From the NCBI RefSeq assembly GCF_018977255.1, contig NW_024704742.1:56298001-56362000 (forward strand): a stretch of 64,000 bases of DNA. The letters run 5' to 3'. Below, in pieces: positions 61,600 through 64,000 of this stretch. Made by a program: the position numbers and the translations under genes. The notes beneath the pieces are model-generated. The model searched no databases. It saw only the letters and a list, made by a program, of their open reading frames with translations, and was not told the origin of the DNA. The DNA is from Callorhinchus milii. Lineage: Eukaryota. The stretch's first letter is position 1. Each line of letters starts with the position of its first letter.

Positions 61600-63991
61600 G
61601 CCTTGGCTATGGCCTTGACATTTTCGACCTCAGCATAGTGGACAAGGCCATCTCAGACCACTTTTTCATCTCCTTCTCCTCTCACATCACTCTCTCCTCC
61701 ACCAAGTCCTCAACCATCCTCTACCACCGTTGGAAAAGGCTACCCCCTGAGACCCTCACAAAGGCTCTCTCATCATCAAATATCCTATCCCTTTGGCCCT
61801 CCACCCGCAGAGATCCTGAAGCAGCCGTCCAGCTGCTCCATGATCACCTCTCCTCCACCTTTAACTCCCTCGTGCCCCTGAAATCCAGGACCATATCCAA
61901 ACCCACCCGATCTCCCTGGTACAACAATAATCTCCGCAGCCAAAAAAACCCAATCCGTCTGCTCGAGCGCAGATGGCGGAAAACTGGCCTGACAGTTCAC
62001 CGCCAATTGTGGCTCGAGCATCTCCACAGCTACCGCCGTTCTTTGACCTGTGCAAAAATGGCCTTCTACTCCAACATCATCTTGGAGGCTAAACACAACC
62101 CAAAAATCCTTTTTTCCACTGCCCACTACCTCCTCCGTGCCCCCACTCCGGCCTCCTCAATCTTCATATCAAATGCCAAGTGCAAGGAGGTCATGGACTT
62201 CTTTTCTTCTAAAATACCTAACATCCGCCAGGCAGCCTCATCCACCTGCACCTTGTCACCCATCACCAAGCCCTCTCTGTCCCCCTCACCTTCATCATCA
62301 TCTGCTCCTATCACCACCCCCTTTCTACATTCCTTCCTCCCCATCTCTCCCTCCTCCCTCTCACCCACCATCACCTACATGAAACCTACCACCTGCTGCC
62401 TCGACACCCTCCCCACCAACTTACTGGTCACCCAGCTCCCCCTCCACTACCCACTACTGGCTGACATCATCAACCAATCCCTCTCCTCCGGATCAGTCCC
62501 TGCCTCCCTCAAAACTGCTGTCATCACGCCCCTCCTGAAAAAACCCTCCCTAGATCCCTCAAACCCTAGCCACTACCACCCTATTTCTAACCTGCCCTTC
62601 CTCGCAAAAGTTCTAGAACGCGTCGTTGCCAACCAACTCCGCGCACACCTTTCCTCCCACTCCCTCTTCGAACCTCTCCAGTCCAGTTTCCGCCCTGTGC
62701 ACAGTACAGAGACTGCAATTGTGAAAGTCACAAACGACATCCTCTCTATCTGTGACCAGGGCTCCCTCTGCCTCCTTGTCCTCCTGGACCTCTCTGCCGC
62801 ATTCGACACAGTCGATCACGTCATCCTCCTCCACTGCCTTTCCTCCGTCATCCACCTCAATGGGGCCGCACTCCCCTGGTTCGAGTCCTACCTCATAAAC
62901 CGCCAGCAATACATCTGCACAAATGGCTTCTCCTCCTGCTCTCACCCGGTCACCTGCGGGTTACCCCAAACATCCATCCTTGGCTCCTCCTCTTTCTGAT
63001 CTACATGCTCCCTCTTGGGATGTCATCCGTAGACATGGGGTACATTTCCACATGTATGCAGATGACACCCAACTCTATTTTTCCACCTCTCTTTGCGACC
63101 CCCAGTCCGCTAATGTTCTGTCAGCCTGCCTGTCAGATCTCAGGGACTGGATGAGCGCAAACTTCCTTCAGCTGAATGTTGACATGACGGAAGCCATACT
63201 CTTTGGCTCTCGTCAACATCTAAAATCTCACGGCTCTCACCTCCTCCACCTACCCGACCTCCCCCTAAAACTCTCCGAACCCATACGCAACCTAGGAGTC
63301 AGGTTCGACCCCCAATTATTCTTCCTCCCCCACATCCGGTCCCTCACCAGGACCGCCTTTTACAACCTCCGACGCATCGCCCTTCTCCGCCAATATGTCT
63401 CCCCAAAAGCCGCTGAAACCCTGGCCCATGTCTTTATCACCTCTCGGCTGGACTACTCCAATGCCCTCCTCCCCAGTCTCCCATCCACTACCATCCATAA
63501 AATTCAAATCATTCAAAAGTCTGCGCCTGCATTCTCACCCGCACAAAACTCCACTCCCCGATCACCCCAGTTCTTGCCAGACTGCACTGGCTGCCTATCC
63601 CAGAGAGGGTCGATTTCAAGATCCTCACCCTTGTATTCAAGTCTCTGCACTCCTCTGCACTACCCTACCTCTCTGACCTCCTCTCTCCTCAAAACAGTAC
63701 CCGTTGCCTTCGTTCCTCCGAATCTGGCCTCCTCCTCATCCCCTCAGTCCTCTGCTCCACCCTCGGCAGCCGTGCCTTCAGCTACTATGCTCCGAGGTTC
63801 TGGAACTGCCTTCCTCACTTCTTTCGTCTTCCTCCCTCCCTTTCCATTTTCAGGTCTCTGCTTTCTTTTCGACCGCGCCTTTGGTTACCTTCCTCCCCCT
63901 CCCCCTGACTCGGTCCCGGGATCTGTAAAGCGCTCTGAGATGCCGTCCGGCATGGAGGACGCTATATAAATCCAAGTTGTTGTTGTTGTTG
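61600..63991 (+). mobile_element. L2 LINE, 5'-truncated (end of endonuclease through RT and tail); different subfamily from 35249-38908
   Basis: 453-aa ORF 61638-62999 ([32 protein letters not shown]); YADDTQL in the next frame; (GTT)n tail at about 63976-63991. Confidence 0.96.
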
Positions 63992-64000
63992 TAAAATAGT

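Noticed and set aside
61638..63969. Long ORFs (also 32754-33446, 36098-38458, 46295-46696, 53735-54394) as host genes
   Set aside because: All carry LINE endonuclease or RT motifs and lie within L2 or CR1 elements.
1..64000. CRISPR arrays, rRNA, operons or other prokaryotic systems
   Set aside because: No regularly spaced repeat-spacer arrays or dense coding; the sequence is repeat-rich vertebrate intronic DNA.

Overview
AT-rich eukaryotic DNA, most likely a cartilaginous fish (possibly a holocephalan). This is inferred from the repeat set: tRNA-headed DeuSINE-type SINEs, L2 and CR1 LINEs, and old Harbinger and Gypsy remnants. Much of the window, including all long ORFs in the track, is retroelement-derived. 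Main result: the non-repeat sequence holds about 30 minus-strand exon-like segments (about 61.3 kb down to 0.13 kb) with AG/GT boundaries and mostly matching phases. Joined in order, they read as a tandem array of about five highly divergent phosphoglycerate-kinase (PGK)-like domains, continuing beyond the window at least on the left. The glycine-rich catalytic motifs are degenerate, and many exons carry stops or frameshifts. The locus therefore looks like a pseudogenised gene for a very large multi-PGK-fold pseudo-enzyme that I do not recognise. All PGK comparisons were made by eye against sequences recalled from memory, with no search run, and need profile-HMM confirmation.
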